A stretch of DNA of 64,000 nt from the NCBI GenBank assembly GCA_048938105.1, contig JBHLMN010000005.1, positions 183,318-247,317 of the forward strand, in the 5' to 3' direction. This DNA comes from Promethearchaeota archaeon (GTDB lineage: Archaea > Asgardarchaeota > Heimdallarchaeia > Hodarchaeales > Hodarchaeaceae). The translations under genes were made by a program, and so were the position numbers. The notes beneath the pieces are model-generated. The model worked only from the letters and a program-made list of their open reading frames with translations. It was not told the origin of the DNA and ran no database searches. Below, piece by piece: positions 40,342 to 50,791 of this stretch (its first letter is position 1; each line of letters starts with the position of its first letter).

Positions 40342-41067
40342 TCATTCTTTAATCTCAGCTCCACAGTGAGAACAGAACTTTTGTGCCCCTTGTACAATCG
40401 CTCCACATTTTGAACACACAATTGTATCCGTACGAGGGAGAATAGAACTACCATTAGTTACAGTCGGAGGAACCGCTTTGTGAGAGGAAACAAATTGTGT
40501 TTTAGGGGAGATTCCAATTGTATAAATGGACTCGGTTTGTTTTCGGTAACGGAAGTATAGAAATCCAATTATGCCAGCTCCTCCGAGGACAACAATAATC
40601 ACCACTAAAGCATACCAAGGGAAAACTGGATTATCAATAGGTTTTTTTGTGAAAGTAACGTTATCAGATATTTCAATCCTAATATTGTCCCGTTCGGTTT
40701 TAGAGTCAATTGTATATTTTGTTTTAGTCGTTTGGGAGAGCGTTTTTGAGTCCTCTGGCTGCATATCACCAAAGAAAAAGTCTACTGTCTTAGTCAATTC
40801 CTCAATTCCTTGGTAGGTCTCATAAAGTTCAATGTAAATCTTGATGTCTTCGTAATAATAGGAAGATTCAATGCAGCGGCATTCAACAGTTAAGGTTATA
40901 TCCCAACGTTCACCATAATGACCCTCTCCTTTAGCATTGCACGTTATATCAAAGTAGTATTTATATCCTTGAAAAGGTGAGCCTAAAACACTAACAGAAG
41001 AAAAGATAGTTATTATTATGAATAAAACTAACTGAAAACTATTTTTTCTCATTTTAACCCTCTTCAA
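40342..41067 (-). CDS. single-pass membrane protein with C-terminal zinc ribbon
   Basis: Signal peptide, beta-rich ectodomain, TM, then CSKCG...FCSHCG. Confidence 0.8.
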   Translation of the reverse strand: MKRVKMRKNSFQLVLFIIITIFSSVSVLGSPFQGYKYYFDITCNAKGEGHYGERWDITLTVECRCIESSYYYEDIKIYIELYETYQGIEELTKTVDFFFGDMQPEDSKTLSQTTKTKYTIDSKTERDNIRIEISDNVTFTKKPIDNPVFPWYALVVIIVVLGGAGIIGFLYFRYRKQTESIYTIGISPKTQFVSSHKAVPPTVTNGSSILPRTDTIVCSKCGAIVQGAQKFCSHCGAEIKE

Positions 41068-41373
41068 AACACAAATTGAATGAATTCTATAAATAACAAC
41101 TGCTTAAAATCATGTACTATATATTTTAAGCTGTGTTAAGCCAATCCCCGTTCTCTCTAACTTTTTAGAAAGACATTAGCTCTGCTGTTTATAGGAATGA
41201 AATTAGTTCCAGAAGACACTGTTATTCTGCTGCTTCTGATACTTATTCCCACTTTTATATATTTGGATAAGAACATATTCGCTATTCGTCGTTTATTCAA
41301 TGAATAAAAGTATCTTACTTGATGTAATAGTCTTAATTTCCTTTAGGAAGAGAAAAGAATAATAACGATGTTC

Positions 41374-44300
41374 TCACATCTCTTCCTTCTTTTTTTGAAA
41401 ATTGTGCTTAACCATAAGAAAAATCATTTCTCCCTGCAAAGAATCATTATCAATGGATATATTAGAATTTAACCATGATCCATCCCATAATTCAATCGAA
41501 ACATTTTCTCCAGCAGAAACCACCCCATTAATCGTTATACTATAAACTGGTTCATCTTGAGGTATACCAACTGCTTGATGTTCCCATTGTAAATGAAAAT
41601 CATCAACCAAAAAAACATTCTCTTCTGAACCATACAATATCTCTACTGCATTATTTACATCTAATGAAGAAGATAATGATGTTGCAGTCGAATTGCCATA
41701 ATAAAGATAAATTACTTGATTAGATGTAGATAAATCACCATCCAGCTCCACCCAGAACCGAGCATGTTTCCCAATAGTGCCATTAAGGAATCCTTTTGAT
41801 CCCCATGCATACAGTTTCACAAAATCAAAGTCTGATCCTGCAATATGCCACTCTGTATTATAAATTATAAGTTCCTGATCATATCCACCACGAGGAATAA
41901 GGCCATAATGCCACCCTTTTCCAGACACATAATCAAAAATCGTTTCTTCTAAGGTCCATATTTTACCATTCCAAGAATACTGAGCAAAATCTCTAGTTGG
42001 AGCTCCAATATATGCTGTAATATTAGTAGAATCATGAACAACAAAATCAATAGTAGGACTATTTCTATAAAATCCCTGATTCACTTCCTCTACAGCCGAC
42101 CAAGATGAAGAAGTCTCATTCCAATAACGAAACATAACCTTCTCTTGTCTTCCATCTATTATCCCCCACATAATATACGGATTTGAATTACTATCTACAT
42201 GCACTGTTTCAGAAGCACATGGATCTGTTTCAGAATCATACACCCAGCATGAATACTGCTCAGTATTATTAATCATCGTTCCCATATCGTAATCAGAAGC
42301 ATTAAACAGATGTCCTGATGTTACATTTAAATAAGCATAAAAAATACTTTCATATTGAACAGATCGTGTGATATTATACCGTTTCCATACAAGATGAAGA
42401 ATCTCTGGATTATTAGGATCTAATTCACCCTGTTCTTGGTAAGGTCTTTCTGCATTTGCACCACCGTTTAGGTTCAAATCAATAATTGTTTGGCTATTAC
42501 TCCACGTATATCCTCCATCGGTGGAATTGCAATAAGCTATCACCAATCCTACACCTCCATAAATTTCACGATAATGTAAATGGACCACATCATTAGTAGA
42601 ATCGTAAAAAAGATGTGCATATGTTTGATCAGGACTCCCATCGTCTGATGTTCCCCATACGCCTGTCATATTCCCCTCATTCACATGAGTCCAACTTTGA
42701 ATAGATTCAGGTGTTTGAGAAACATAGTGTTGAAAGTAGTCATTGTGGGAACCAGCAAACACATGAATATACCCATCATTAGTTACATAAACAGCAGGAG
42801 ACCCATGACCATCAGTATAACCAAGAACATTTTCACTAATATAAACCACATCTCCCCATGTGTCATTTTCATGGTCATAATAAGTAATATGTATATTCAT
42901 ATAATGTTGATTACTTGATTGATCCAAGTCTCCCTGAAATACAAGATATGTTCGATTATTATAATAGTAAGCTGCTGGATAATTATAAGGATAATGTCCA
43001 TGAAAAACAGAACTGTTAGTAAAATAGCGATAAGAACTATCTTCCTCATACGTCCTTTCAAGCCAATAATTAGGCAATGTCTTACCCTGATCATCAGTAA
43101 AACGAATATCATCAAAATCCACTTGACACTTTCCATCAGTAAAAACGCGAATTCCATGATCTAAAGATGACTGAAAATAATCTCCATAGTAGACATCAAG
43201 AGGAATAACATAATTTTGACCTGTTGAAACATCACGAGGTATAAATAACAATTTTCGATAATCCCACCCCTTTAACCATGATACTTTCTCAATATAAGTC
43301 ACATTCACAAACGCATGATGAGAATTCACATGTTCATACGCCTCCAATTGATTGTCAGTAGCAAGAGAATAAGATAGATACCGATCTAACGAAAATTGCA
43401 CTCCAAAATAATTACCTGACGACCAATCGGCTAAATTGACCTGATCTTGAAGCATATCGGTAATATCTGTTGTAATCCATTCCCCCGCATTCTTATTGAA
43501 TGTATGATGAGCTATATTAGTATCTACAACCTCTGGAATTACTGAATCCCTCTCAAGAGGCCCAACATTACTCTCATTGATTCTTCGGATAGTAGCATCA
43601 TATTCAATAAACTCTTGAATTTCCCAAACAGTCACTGTGGCATATTGTATTGTTGAATATTGTGGAATAGCAAGACTCCAACGAAAATTTGAATACGCTC
43701 GCCCACGTTTGTCATCGTAACACAATCTTCCAATAGTTTCTTCCGTATGATGAGTCCATCCAGACTTGTATTGCCAATAATCATCATCCATCCCAGCTGC
43801 AATTGGAACGACAAGATTCCTAGATAACTCCTCCTGATAACTAATATTTACATACGCATGATGAGAATCTGGATGTGAATAATCTTCAAAACTATTACTA
43901 GCAGTTATTTCTGAAACCATTATAAACCGAACTCCAAAATAATATTCTGACTGCCACCCAGCAAGATTTACCTGATCTTGCATCATTGCAGTAATATCAA
44001 CAACCCTCCACTCATTTCCAGTTTTGTCCCATTCATAATCAACAGAATTTTGAGAAGTCACTACAGGCATTACGGTATCTGCCTCTAAAGAACCAACATT
44101 GGTTTCGTCAATACGCTCTACTATCGTATTACCAGTTGTACCATCCACAATTTCCCATAGTGTTAAAGTAGCTGATAATATAGTAACTCCCTGATTTAGA
44201 TTAATCTGAAACCGCATCTGCCCAAAATTCGTTGCTATAGCTGAAAGATCCCCTACTCGTACTTCATCTGACGTAGTATAATGTGTATAAGCTCCCGCTT

Positions 44301-45636
44301 CCTCCTGATTTCCAAAATCCATAAATGTAGAGGGATCATTTTGATTATTCCATTCTGTCAAAATCCAATCCGATGTCCGATCTGTACCAATAACTCTCAT
44401 CTCATCTAAAGTACCATGCATGTCATTCTTTGGCCCACCCGTTACCCCAGCTAATCGAAGCTCTTCAGCCGTATTTTTCATGGCAATATAACTTCCACTC
44501 ATCCGCCTAAAACTGGAATTATCTTGACCATTTAGAAATACACTAAGACCTTCCTCTGTTGAATCACCGTTGTATACCCAATGAATTAAGTACCAATTTC
44601 CCACTTCCAAAGAATCAGAGCTATAAACACGTATATATGAAGAAGGAGAATCATGACCATAACATACAAGATATAATCTGCCATTAGACGAAAGGGTAGT
44701 GAAATATTCACGATTTGAAAAAGTTTTAGAAAAAATAATCTGCTCACGGTTTATCTCACTTGGTTTATACCATACACTTAAGGTAAAAGGAAAATCCTTT
44801 ATTCCATTTCCAAATGAAAAGTCATCATGATCAGGAAGTTCAATGAACTTATCACTTCCATCGACATACTTTCCTCCTGCGATGTGTCCATCCGCATTCA
44901 GGGCACCATAATTCGTTCCATTATGATGATTTGTTGTGGAATCATCAAAATTGTATTCATTTAAATGCCATACCGCATGGTACTCATTATCCCAAACATT
45001 TTCCAAATCTTGTTGACTAGAAATAGTATTATTCCCATAATACATCAAAATTGTAGTATCACTACTTGTGGATAAAGATGGTATCCGAACCCATGCAGTT
45101 AATTCTCCATTTGTACCATTATAGAATTCAATTTCATGATCTAACTGCGTTGTACCCTGATAAAACGCAATGTCATCTCCATCATCCTGTGCATAATCAG
45201 CTAAATCGGAATCAATAGTATTTATAAGAATAGTAAAATTTGTGTGACTGCCAGAACCACTAATATCATCAGAATCAAGTGTTATTTTTTTTCGATAATT
45301 CCACGTGTTAAAATATAATCCTCCTGATATAAAGTTCCACATATCATCATCCGAATCATCCATTATCTCGGAAGATATTGTATGTTCTCCCACAAAAAAC
45401 GGATTTTTCTCCGTAATATTTTGAAATCCCCCATCTGACGATTCAGTATCACTATGATCGCCTGAACTTGAACTAGAATTCTCTGTACTGTCCGAAATAA
45501 ATACTTTTGTATCTTTTACATCTTCCATTGAACTAAGACTGTATAATATTAGCATACATACCAAAAAAACAGAAATTAAAACCAGCTTTTTTCTCCTATT
45601 ACTCATTATCAACTCACTTTTTCTTCTCATTTTCAA
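41374..45636 (-). CDS. large surface protein: DUF2341 + LamG/ConA + repeated module + BNR-type beta-propeller
   Basis: N-terminal signal/TM, WNYRKKI..DGDDIAF..AWVRIP..MYYGN, LamG (GTLDEMRV), DGHGSP, STDGGYTWS Asp-box; start probably ATG at 45606; C-terminus may be truncated. Confidence 0.85.
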   Translation of the reverse strand: MKMRRKSELIMSNRRKKLVLISVFLVCMLILYSLSSMEDVKDTKVFISDSTENSSSSSGDHSDTESSDGGFQNITEKNPFFVGEHTISSEIMDDSDDDMWNFISGGLYFNTWNYRKKITLDSDDISGSGSHTNFTILINTIDSDLADYAQDDGDDIAFYQGTTQLDHEIEFYNGTNGELTAWVRIPSLSTSSDTTILMYYGNNTISSQQDLENVWDNEYHAVWHLNEYNFDDSTTNHHNGTNYGALNADGHIAGGKYVDGSDKFIELPDHDDFSFGNGIKDFPFTLSVWYKPSEINREQIIFSKTFSNREYFTTLSSNGRLYLVCYGHDSPSSYIRVYSSDSLEVGNWYLIHWVYNGDSTEEGLSVFLNGQDNSSFRRMSGSYIAMKNTAEELRLAGVTGGPKNDMHGTLDEMRVIGTDRTSDWILTEWNNQNDPSTFMDFGNQEEAGAYTHYTTSDEVRVGDLSAIATNFGQMRFQINLNQGVTILSATLTLWEIVDGTTGNTIVERIDETNVGSLEADTVMPVVTSQNSVDYEWDKTGNEWRVVDITAMMQDQVNLAGWQSEYYFGVRFIMVSEITASNSFEDYSHPDSHHAYVNISYQEELSRNLVVPIAAGMDDDYWQYKSGWTHHTEETIGRLCYDDKRGRAYSNFRWSLAIPQYSTIQYATVTVWEIQEFIEYDATIRRINESNVGPLERDSVIPEVVDTNIAHHTFNKNAGEWITTDITDMLQDQVNLADWSSGNYFGVQFSLDRYLSYSLATDNQLEAYEHVNSHHAFVNVTYIEKVSWLKGWDYRKLLFIPRDVSTGQNYVIPLDVYYGDYFQSSLDHGIRVFTDGKCQVDFDDIRFTDDQGKTLPNYWLERTYEEDSSYRYFTNSSVFHGHYPYNYPAAYYYNNRTYLVFQGDLDQSSNQHYMNIHITYYDHENDTWGDVVYISENVLGYTDGHGSPAVYVTNDGYIHVFAGSHNDYFQHYVSQTPESIQSWTHVNEGNMTGVWGTSDDGSPDQTYAHLFYDSTNDVVHLHYREIYGGVGLVIAYCNSTDGGYTWSNSQTIIDLNLNGGANAERPYQEQGELDPNNPEILHLVWKRYNITRSVQYESIFYAYLNVTSGHLFNASDYDMGTMINNTEQYSCWVYDSETDPCASETVHVDSNSNPYIMWGIIDGRQEKVMFRYWNETSSSWSAVEEVNQGFYRNSPTIDFVVHDSTNITAYIGAPTRDFAQYSWNGKIWTLEETIFDYVSGKGWHYGLIPRGGYDQELIIYNTEWHIAGSDFDFVKLYAWGSKGFLNGTIGKHARFWVELDGDLSTSNQVIYLYYGNSTATSLSSSLDVNNAVEILYGSEENVFLVDDFHLQWEHQAVGIPQDEPVYSITINGVVSAGENVSIELWDGSWLNSNISIDNDSLQGEMIFLMVKHNFQKKKEEM

Positions 45637-45654
45637 TTAAAGGTTTTTCTTTGA

Positions 45655-45681
45655 CAACTTCGTAAAAGGTTGGATTAATAC
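45655..45681. repeat. dispersed 27-bp intergenic motif, copy 2
   Basis: caacttcgtaaaaggttggattaatac; 24/27 identical to 53161..53187. Confidence 0.7.
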
Positions 45682-45992
45682 CATTCTCTTTTCTAGTAAT
45701 TCAGGATTCTTATTCCTATTTAGAATAAAACGACCTTTCCTTTTTTTTATATACGAATTCATTTATAATCATGCTAAAATATCTAATTCTTTTCTGTCAA
45801 GTCTAATTCACTTTATTACTTATTTCGTGAGTTTTTTCTTTATAAGAAACTCATGTAATATACGTACCACATGCACTATTTAAAGCTTACGAAATACCCG
45901 TAACACCCGAAACTTGTATAAAAGTGAATGTTCCATCGATAATGATTGAAAATGTAAAACATTGCTTTGGTGTTCATAGTTCGAAAAAGCTC

Positions 45993-46266
45993 CATAGTTT
46001 TAATACATTTACATTTGTTTTCTCTGAAATTTCAGATTGTTTGGCAAACCATTCCCCGACAAAAGCGGGTTTGAAGGTCCCTTTGATATAATCTAGGTCA
46101 TATGTTGAACTTCTTCATAGAGTTGTACTTTGATGCAGGATTGGAAGTACCGTTCAGCTACTTCATAGATGAGTTTCGACATAGTTTTAATATATTTACA
46201 TTCGCTTTCTCTGAAGTTTCAGACTGTTTGGCAAACCATTCCCCGACAAAAGCGAGTTTGAAGGTC
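45993..46266. repeat. 87-bp direct repeat, two copies (45993..46079 and 46180..46266)
   Basis: 81/87 identical, all six differences are transitions; period 187 bp. Confidence 0.9.
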
Positions 46267-46411
46267 ACCCTGAAGTAATTCTATCTTGGTTAAATGAATT
46301 TTAATTCTTAAGTTGAAATTTCTCAATCAAGAACCTACATTGTAAAAGCTATCTAAGTCGAATATCAAACTACTATATTCTTAGAAAAATTAGAATAAAA
46401 GGTGAAAAAAC

Positions 46412-46576
46412 ATGTCATTTAGGAATGTTTCACGAAAAAAAATAGCACTTGCACTCCTGTTTCTAATAGTTTTAGGGATGGGTATCTGGGGGGGTGTCAC
46501 TAACTTTTTTGACAGAGCTGCTACAATCGAACTGCTAAAAGAAAGACTTGGGTTGCTTGGTATCAACATAATATAA
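46412..46576 (+). CDS. small (54 aa) single-TM protein, possibly the 5' part of a disrupted longer gene
   Basis: Below the ORF-track cutoff; AAGGTGA RBS; MSFRNVSRKKIALALLFLIVLGMGIWGGVTNFFDRAATIELLKERLGLLGINII; paralog at 56635..56833. Confidence 0.6.
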   Translation: MSFRNVSRKKIALALLFLIVLGMGIWGGVTNFFDRAATIELLKERLGLLGINII

Positions 46577-46765
46577 CAAGTCTGTTCTTTGAAGAAAAAA
46601 GCCTAATATTAGTCGTTGCTTCTGGCGGAGGGAGTGAATTGTATTCCCGTCACATTGTTGGAATGATGGAAGACATTACAATCTTTACTATTGCATTGAG
46701 AAACATATTTATCAAGAGGCCTTAGTACTTTGAACCAAAATAACTTATATTGAGGTAAAATTATT

Positions 46766-48817
46766 ATGGAACCGCAAAAAACCATACTTTTACTCAATGC
46801 AAGTAACCTTAAGACTGCGTTGATGTATCCTTACGCGTTCGTTCAAGTTTCAGAGATTGCAGACAGATTTGGCATTCATACTGTCCGTAACGATATGTAT
46901 GGGATTTCAGAAGACCAATGGGAGGCCAATCTACAGAAGTTGCTTAAAAAAAAACTCTTCGATATGATATTAATTACATTGAGAAACACAGACACCTGTG
47001 ATTCAAATGATTATCGTAAGCGGTCTAAGAATACTAATTACCACCAACAGAATGTTTTTCAACCACCTGAACCACTAAATTATTATCCAATCGACGCTAC
47101 AAAACTTCTAATTCAAATTCTTCGGAAACTAACTAATATTCCTATTGTCATTGGAGGATATGCTTTTTCAAAATTATGTTTGGTTATGCCAGAAAGGATA
47201 ATGAAATACCTCCAACCCGATTATGGTGTCATTGGAGGGCCTGACGCCTTTTTTAAACATTTTGAAGACATATTAGATAGACAAGATTTAGATCAGATTG
47301 CCAATCTAGTCTATTATCATTCAGGGGCTCTCCAAACAGGGCCACGCCAGTTTTTTCCCCCAGCACCCCGTCGTGAGTATACGGATGAAATCATTGCAGA
47401 CCGACTGGTTTTCTATTCTAGGTTTCCAGGGGACAATGGAGAACTTAGCTCTGTTCCCATAGAAGCGGTTCGGGGTTGCGCAATGAAATGTTCATTTTGC
47501 TCAGAACCTTTAGTTGAGGGGAGAAAGGTACAACACAGAGATTTAGACGTAATCGAAGATGAAATCAACTTTCTTAGGAAGTATCGGTTGAATCAACTGT
47601 TTTTTATATGTTCTGAAATTAACACTGACAGTAATGAATATCTGATGAACCTCGCAGATCGCATAATTGAAATTAACGAAGAGAGGGAGGAATACGAGAA
47701 AATATCATGGTACGTCCTACATCTTATGACTCTCTCTACTGATGAATTGAAACACATCAGAAAAGCGGGTTTTCTCGAAGGTTCAAATGATGTTGTTTCT
47801 CTGGATGATAACAATCTTGCAGCAACTAAGGCTCCTCTAAGGACTAATCAAATCATCAGATTTTTTACTCAAGCAAAAAAACTGGTCAGGGAAGAGTTTA
47901 GACAAAATGGGAGAAAATTTTACTCCTTAGAGGAACGTATATTCAGATATCCCCAGTCTTTGAACCCTGATGACTTTATGAATGCTTGGAATATCTTTCT
48001 CGGAAACATAGAAGTTACCCCCAAAACTATCCGAACCACATTAAAAAGGGCAGATGAAGCCAAACTTAACCAATTCTTTGATTCTTGTTATGTTAATAAG
48101 GCAACAAGATTATACGATTATATACATCCAACTGATGAAATATTAAAATACACATGGTCATCAGTCAACGGAATAGTCAAAAAATCATATAATGAACTGT
48201 ATCCTTCTTTTGTATATCCTCCAGCACTTTTACGTCATTTTGGTAGTGATGAGGTTTTAGAAGAGTTTTTTGAATTGGTAGGAGATACTTACCTCTCGCT
48301 CAGACATCTCTTCAAGAAGGATTGGAATTGGTTTTTAGCTAATAATCTAGATTCAAAAACTTTCTTATTCTGGTGGAATTCATCAATTGAATCTCAATTT
48401 GATTTCAATAACTTTACACAGATACCAGAGGTTCTGGATTTTCTCTCTTTTCTACGTAATAATCCTTCGGCAAATAATATCAACCTATTCTTCAATCCAA
48501 CACCAGGTAGAAGGCCCCTAATGAATTTTGCAGCCAATATAGCTGTACAATTTGTGTTATTTTCTCAAGAAAAAGATCTTACTCCAATCATGCAGTATCT
48601 TGGCTTGCCTCCAAATCTTGAAGCCACTCTGAATCTTTCCCCCTACAAAGTTGCGGTGAAGTTCTTTGAACGTTATTCAAATAAAGATGAATTGTATTTA
48701 ATCATAAATGAAAGTTCATTTAACAAAGCTCTCTCTAGGTTCTTTGTTGATTACTTGATTTATCTCAATAATATTCCTTTCAAAGCTGAATATCAGATAT
48801 TTTTTGTCCCTAGTTAA
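46766..48817 (+). CDS. B12-binding-domain radical SAM protein
   Basis: N-terminal B12-binding-like domain (ITLRNTD, IVIGGYAFS) and RGCAMKCSFC cluster motif. Confidence 0.85.
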   Translation: MEPQKTILLLNASNLKTALMYPYAFVQVSEIADRFGIHTVRNDMYGISEDQWEANLQKLLKKKLFDMILITLRNTDTCDSNDYRKRSKNTNYHQQNVFQPPEPLNYYPIDATKLLIQILRKLTNIPIVIGGYAFSKLCLVMPERIMKYLQPDYGVIGGPDAFFKHFEDILDRQDLDQIANLVYYHSGALQTGPRQFFPPAPRREYTDEIIADRLVFYSRFPGDNGELSSVPIEAVRGCAMKCSFCSEPLVEGRKVQHRDLDVIEDEINFLRKYRLNQLFFICSEINTDSNEYLMNLADRIIEINEEREEYEKISWYVLHLMTLSTDELKHIRKAGFLEGSNDVVSLDDNNLAATKAPLRTNQIIRFFTQAKKLVREEFRQNGRKFYSLEERIFRYPQSLNPDDFMNAWNIFLGNIEVTPKTIRTTLKRADEAKLNQFFDSCYVNKATRLYDYIHPTDEILKYTWSSVNGIVKKSYNELYPSFVYPPALLRHFGSDEVLEEFFELVGDTYLSLRHLFKKDWNWFLANNLDSKTFLFWWNSSIESQFDFNNFTQIPEVLDFLSFLRNNPSANNINLFFNPTPGRRPLMNFAANIAVQFVLFSQEKDLTPIMQYLGLPPNLEATLNLSPYKVAVKFFERYSNKDELYLIINESSFNKALSRFFVDYLIYLNNIPFKAEYQIFFVPS

Positions 48818-48887
48818 TTCAATTTAGAAGTCCTTTGGCTTAAAATGATAAATCCGAAAACTCATTCTTTGGCGTTAAGGTGAGGAA

Positions 48888-49115
48888 TTGAATTTATTAA
48901 AAATAGTAGGGGGTCTTATAATCATATTAGGTGCTTGTATCACTTTAATAAGTCCCTTTATTTTGCTTGTTGGTCTCGGTATGTTAGAAAATACATCTGA
49001 TACTTTTTTAGGATTTGAAATAACTCAATTCACTGGAATTGTGTTAGCAGGAGTGGTATTCATTGTTGGAGCTATCATAGTCCTCATTGGAAAAGGCCTC
49101 TGGGGACGAGAATAA
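48888..49115 (+). CDS. small two-TM membrane protein
   Basis: AAGGTGAGG RBS before TTG; two hydrophobic helices. Confidence 0.7.
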   Translation: MNLLKIVGGLIIILGACITLISPFILLVGLGMLENTSDTFLGFEITQFTGIVLAGVVFIVGAIIVLIGKGLWGRE

Positions 49116-49281
49116 TCTCTATCTCTAAGAAACGTTTTCTAGAATAATTCCATTAAGACCAGAGACTCAGGGGACAAAATCTTTGTTAATGTTATTTCAA
49201 GGCATATAAAATACAAATATGTACATAATATTGATTTTTAAAGTCCGTTTTGATTAGTAAAATACATCACTTATTAATTAA

Positions 49282-50496
49282 ATGAATAAAGAAGGGTTAA
49301 TGGTGGAGAAAACTGAATCAAATTCTTTTGAGATTTTTCCTTACAGGTGGATTGTGTTAGTACTTTTTATGTTTGTTGGGATTCTTACCCAAATTATCTG
49401 GATAACCTTCGCACCAATAATGAATGAAGTAACTAGTTATTATAATGTAACTAGTGACGCTATTTTGTTACTAGCTGCTAGCTTTATGATTCTCTATATT
49501 CCAGTGAATTTCCCTGCTTGTTGGTTAATAGATAAATACGGTTTAAAATGGGGAACTGGGATAGGTGTCATACTCACAGGTATTTTTGGCTTTCTAAGAG
49601 CATTTACAGGGACTAATTTTCTCTTTCTTTTATTTTGCCAGATAATGGTAGCTATTGGTCAACCTTTCGTTTTGAATTCATTTACAAAAGTTGCTGTCAA
49701 CTGGTTCCCCGAGGAAGAGAAGGCTACTGCGACTGGTTTAGGAACTATGGCATTATTTATCGGGATAATAATTACGATGATTGCTACTTACCCCCTTTAT
49801 GCGTTAAATGGTATAGAATTTGTATTACTCGTCTATGGATTGTTGGCCTTGATTTCAATGATACTATATCTGTTATTTGTGAAAGATAAACCCTCACAAC
49901 CACCCAATCCATATTTTCGGGAAAAAACGTTCCAAACTAAAGGAATGAAGAATTTATTCAAAAATAGAGATTTCAACTTACTCATCTTTCTATTTTTTGC
50001 TGGTTTAGGAATATTCAACGCTTTATTGAGTGCTATTGATGATATTTTCATTAGGTTCTCTCCTGATACTGGGATAATTGGGGGATTGATCATATTGGGT
50101 GGAATTTTTGGTGCAGTTATCCTTTCTTCTCTATCAGATAAATTCGGTAAGCGTAAAATCTTTTTGAATGTTGCTTTGATTGTAAGTACACCTTTAGTAC
50201 TTCTCCTAGGGTTTACTGGTTCTGAGGATTTTATATTAACAGTAATATTAGCTTTTATCTTTGGTTTCATATTAGTACCGGCATTACCCGTTGGATTAAC
50301 GTATGCAGCTGAAATAACCCATCCTGTACCAGAAGAAAGCTCCAATGGTGTGTTAATGATGTTTGGTCAGTTAGGAGGGATAATATTCCTAATTATACCA
50401 GAAATGATTCTATTTGCAGCTGTCTTTGGAATAGCAGCCATTTTGAGCCTTTTAATGAAAGATTCAGATGCCTATCAGGTGAAAAATGACCAATAA
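49282..50496 (+). CDS. MFS transporter (FLVCR-like)
   Basis: YRWIVL, WITFAP, WLIDKYG, NWFPEEE, LSDKFGKRK and AEITHPVPE motifs. Confidence 0.92.
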   Translation: MNKEGLMVEKTESNSFEIFPYRWIVLVLFMFVGILTQIIWITFAPIMNEVTSYYNVTSDAILLLAASFMILYIPVNFPACWLIDKYGLKWGTGIGVILTGIFGFLRAFTGTNFLFLLFCQIMVAIGQPFVLNSFTKVAVNWFPEEEKATATGLGTMALFIGIIITMIATYPLYALNGIEFVLLVYGLLALISMILYLLFVKDKPSQPPNPYFREKTFQTKGMKNLFKNRDFNLLIFLFFAGLGIFNALLSAIDDIFIRFSPDTGIIGGLIILGGIFGAVILSSLSDKFGKRKIFLNVALIVSTPLVLLLGFTGSEDFILTVILAFIFGFILVPALPVGLTYAAEITHPVPEESSNGVLMMFGQLGGIIFLIIPEMILFAAVFGIAAILSLLMKDSDAYQVKNDQ

Positions 50497-50791
50497 CTTG
50501 TTTTAACCTAATCCATTTCTGAATACTCGGATATGTGTTTGATAGCCAAATCCCTATAATAATGGTTAAAATGAGAATAAAATGATTTAAATGGCGATTA
50601 TTGAAGAAACAAAACAACTGGAAAAGATAATTTCTAATACTAGTTATTTAATCGTTTTCTTATAAAAAAATATATAATTAAGAATATATCTCATCTCAAA
50701 TAACCTTTTAGAATCAATATACTCAACCAATCCTAGATGAGATTAAAAAAGAAATACATTAACAAGCATTCATCTTTTCTCCGTTAAATTA

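Noticed and set aside
45637-45875. Degenerate minus-strand frame with a winged-HTH flavour upstream of the DUF2341 gene
   Set aside because: Multiple stops and no diagnostic motif; cannot be supported
45993-46266. CRISPR array
   Set aside because: Only two units; the repeat (87 bp) and spacer (100 bp) are far too long, and no cas genes are present
46487-46518. ggggggtgtcactaacttttttgacagagc resembling an IS terminal inverted repeat
   Set aside because: It is coding sequence of the 54-aa ORF (WGGVTNFFDRA), conserved at protein level in the paralog at 56.7 kb; there is no partner end or transposase
46412-46576. Small ORF as a RiPP precursor for the downstream B12-radical SAM enzyme
   Set aside because: It looks like a membrane anchor, and its paralog at 56635 has no radical SAM neighbour
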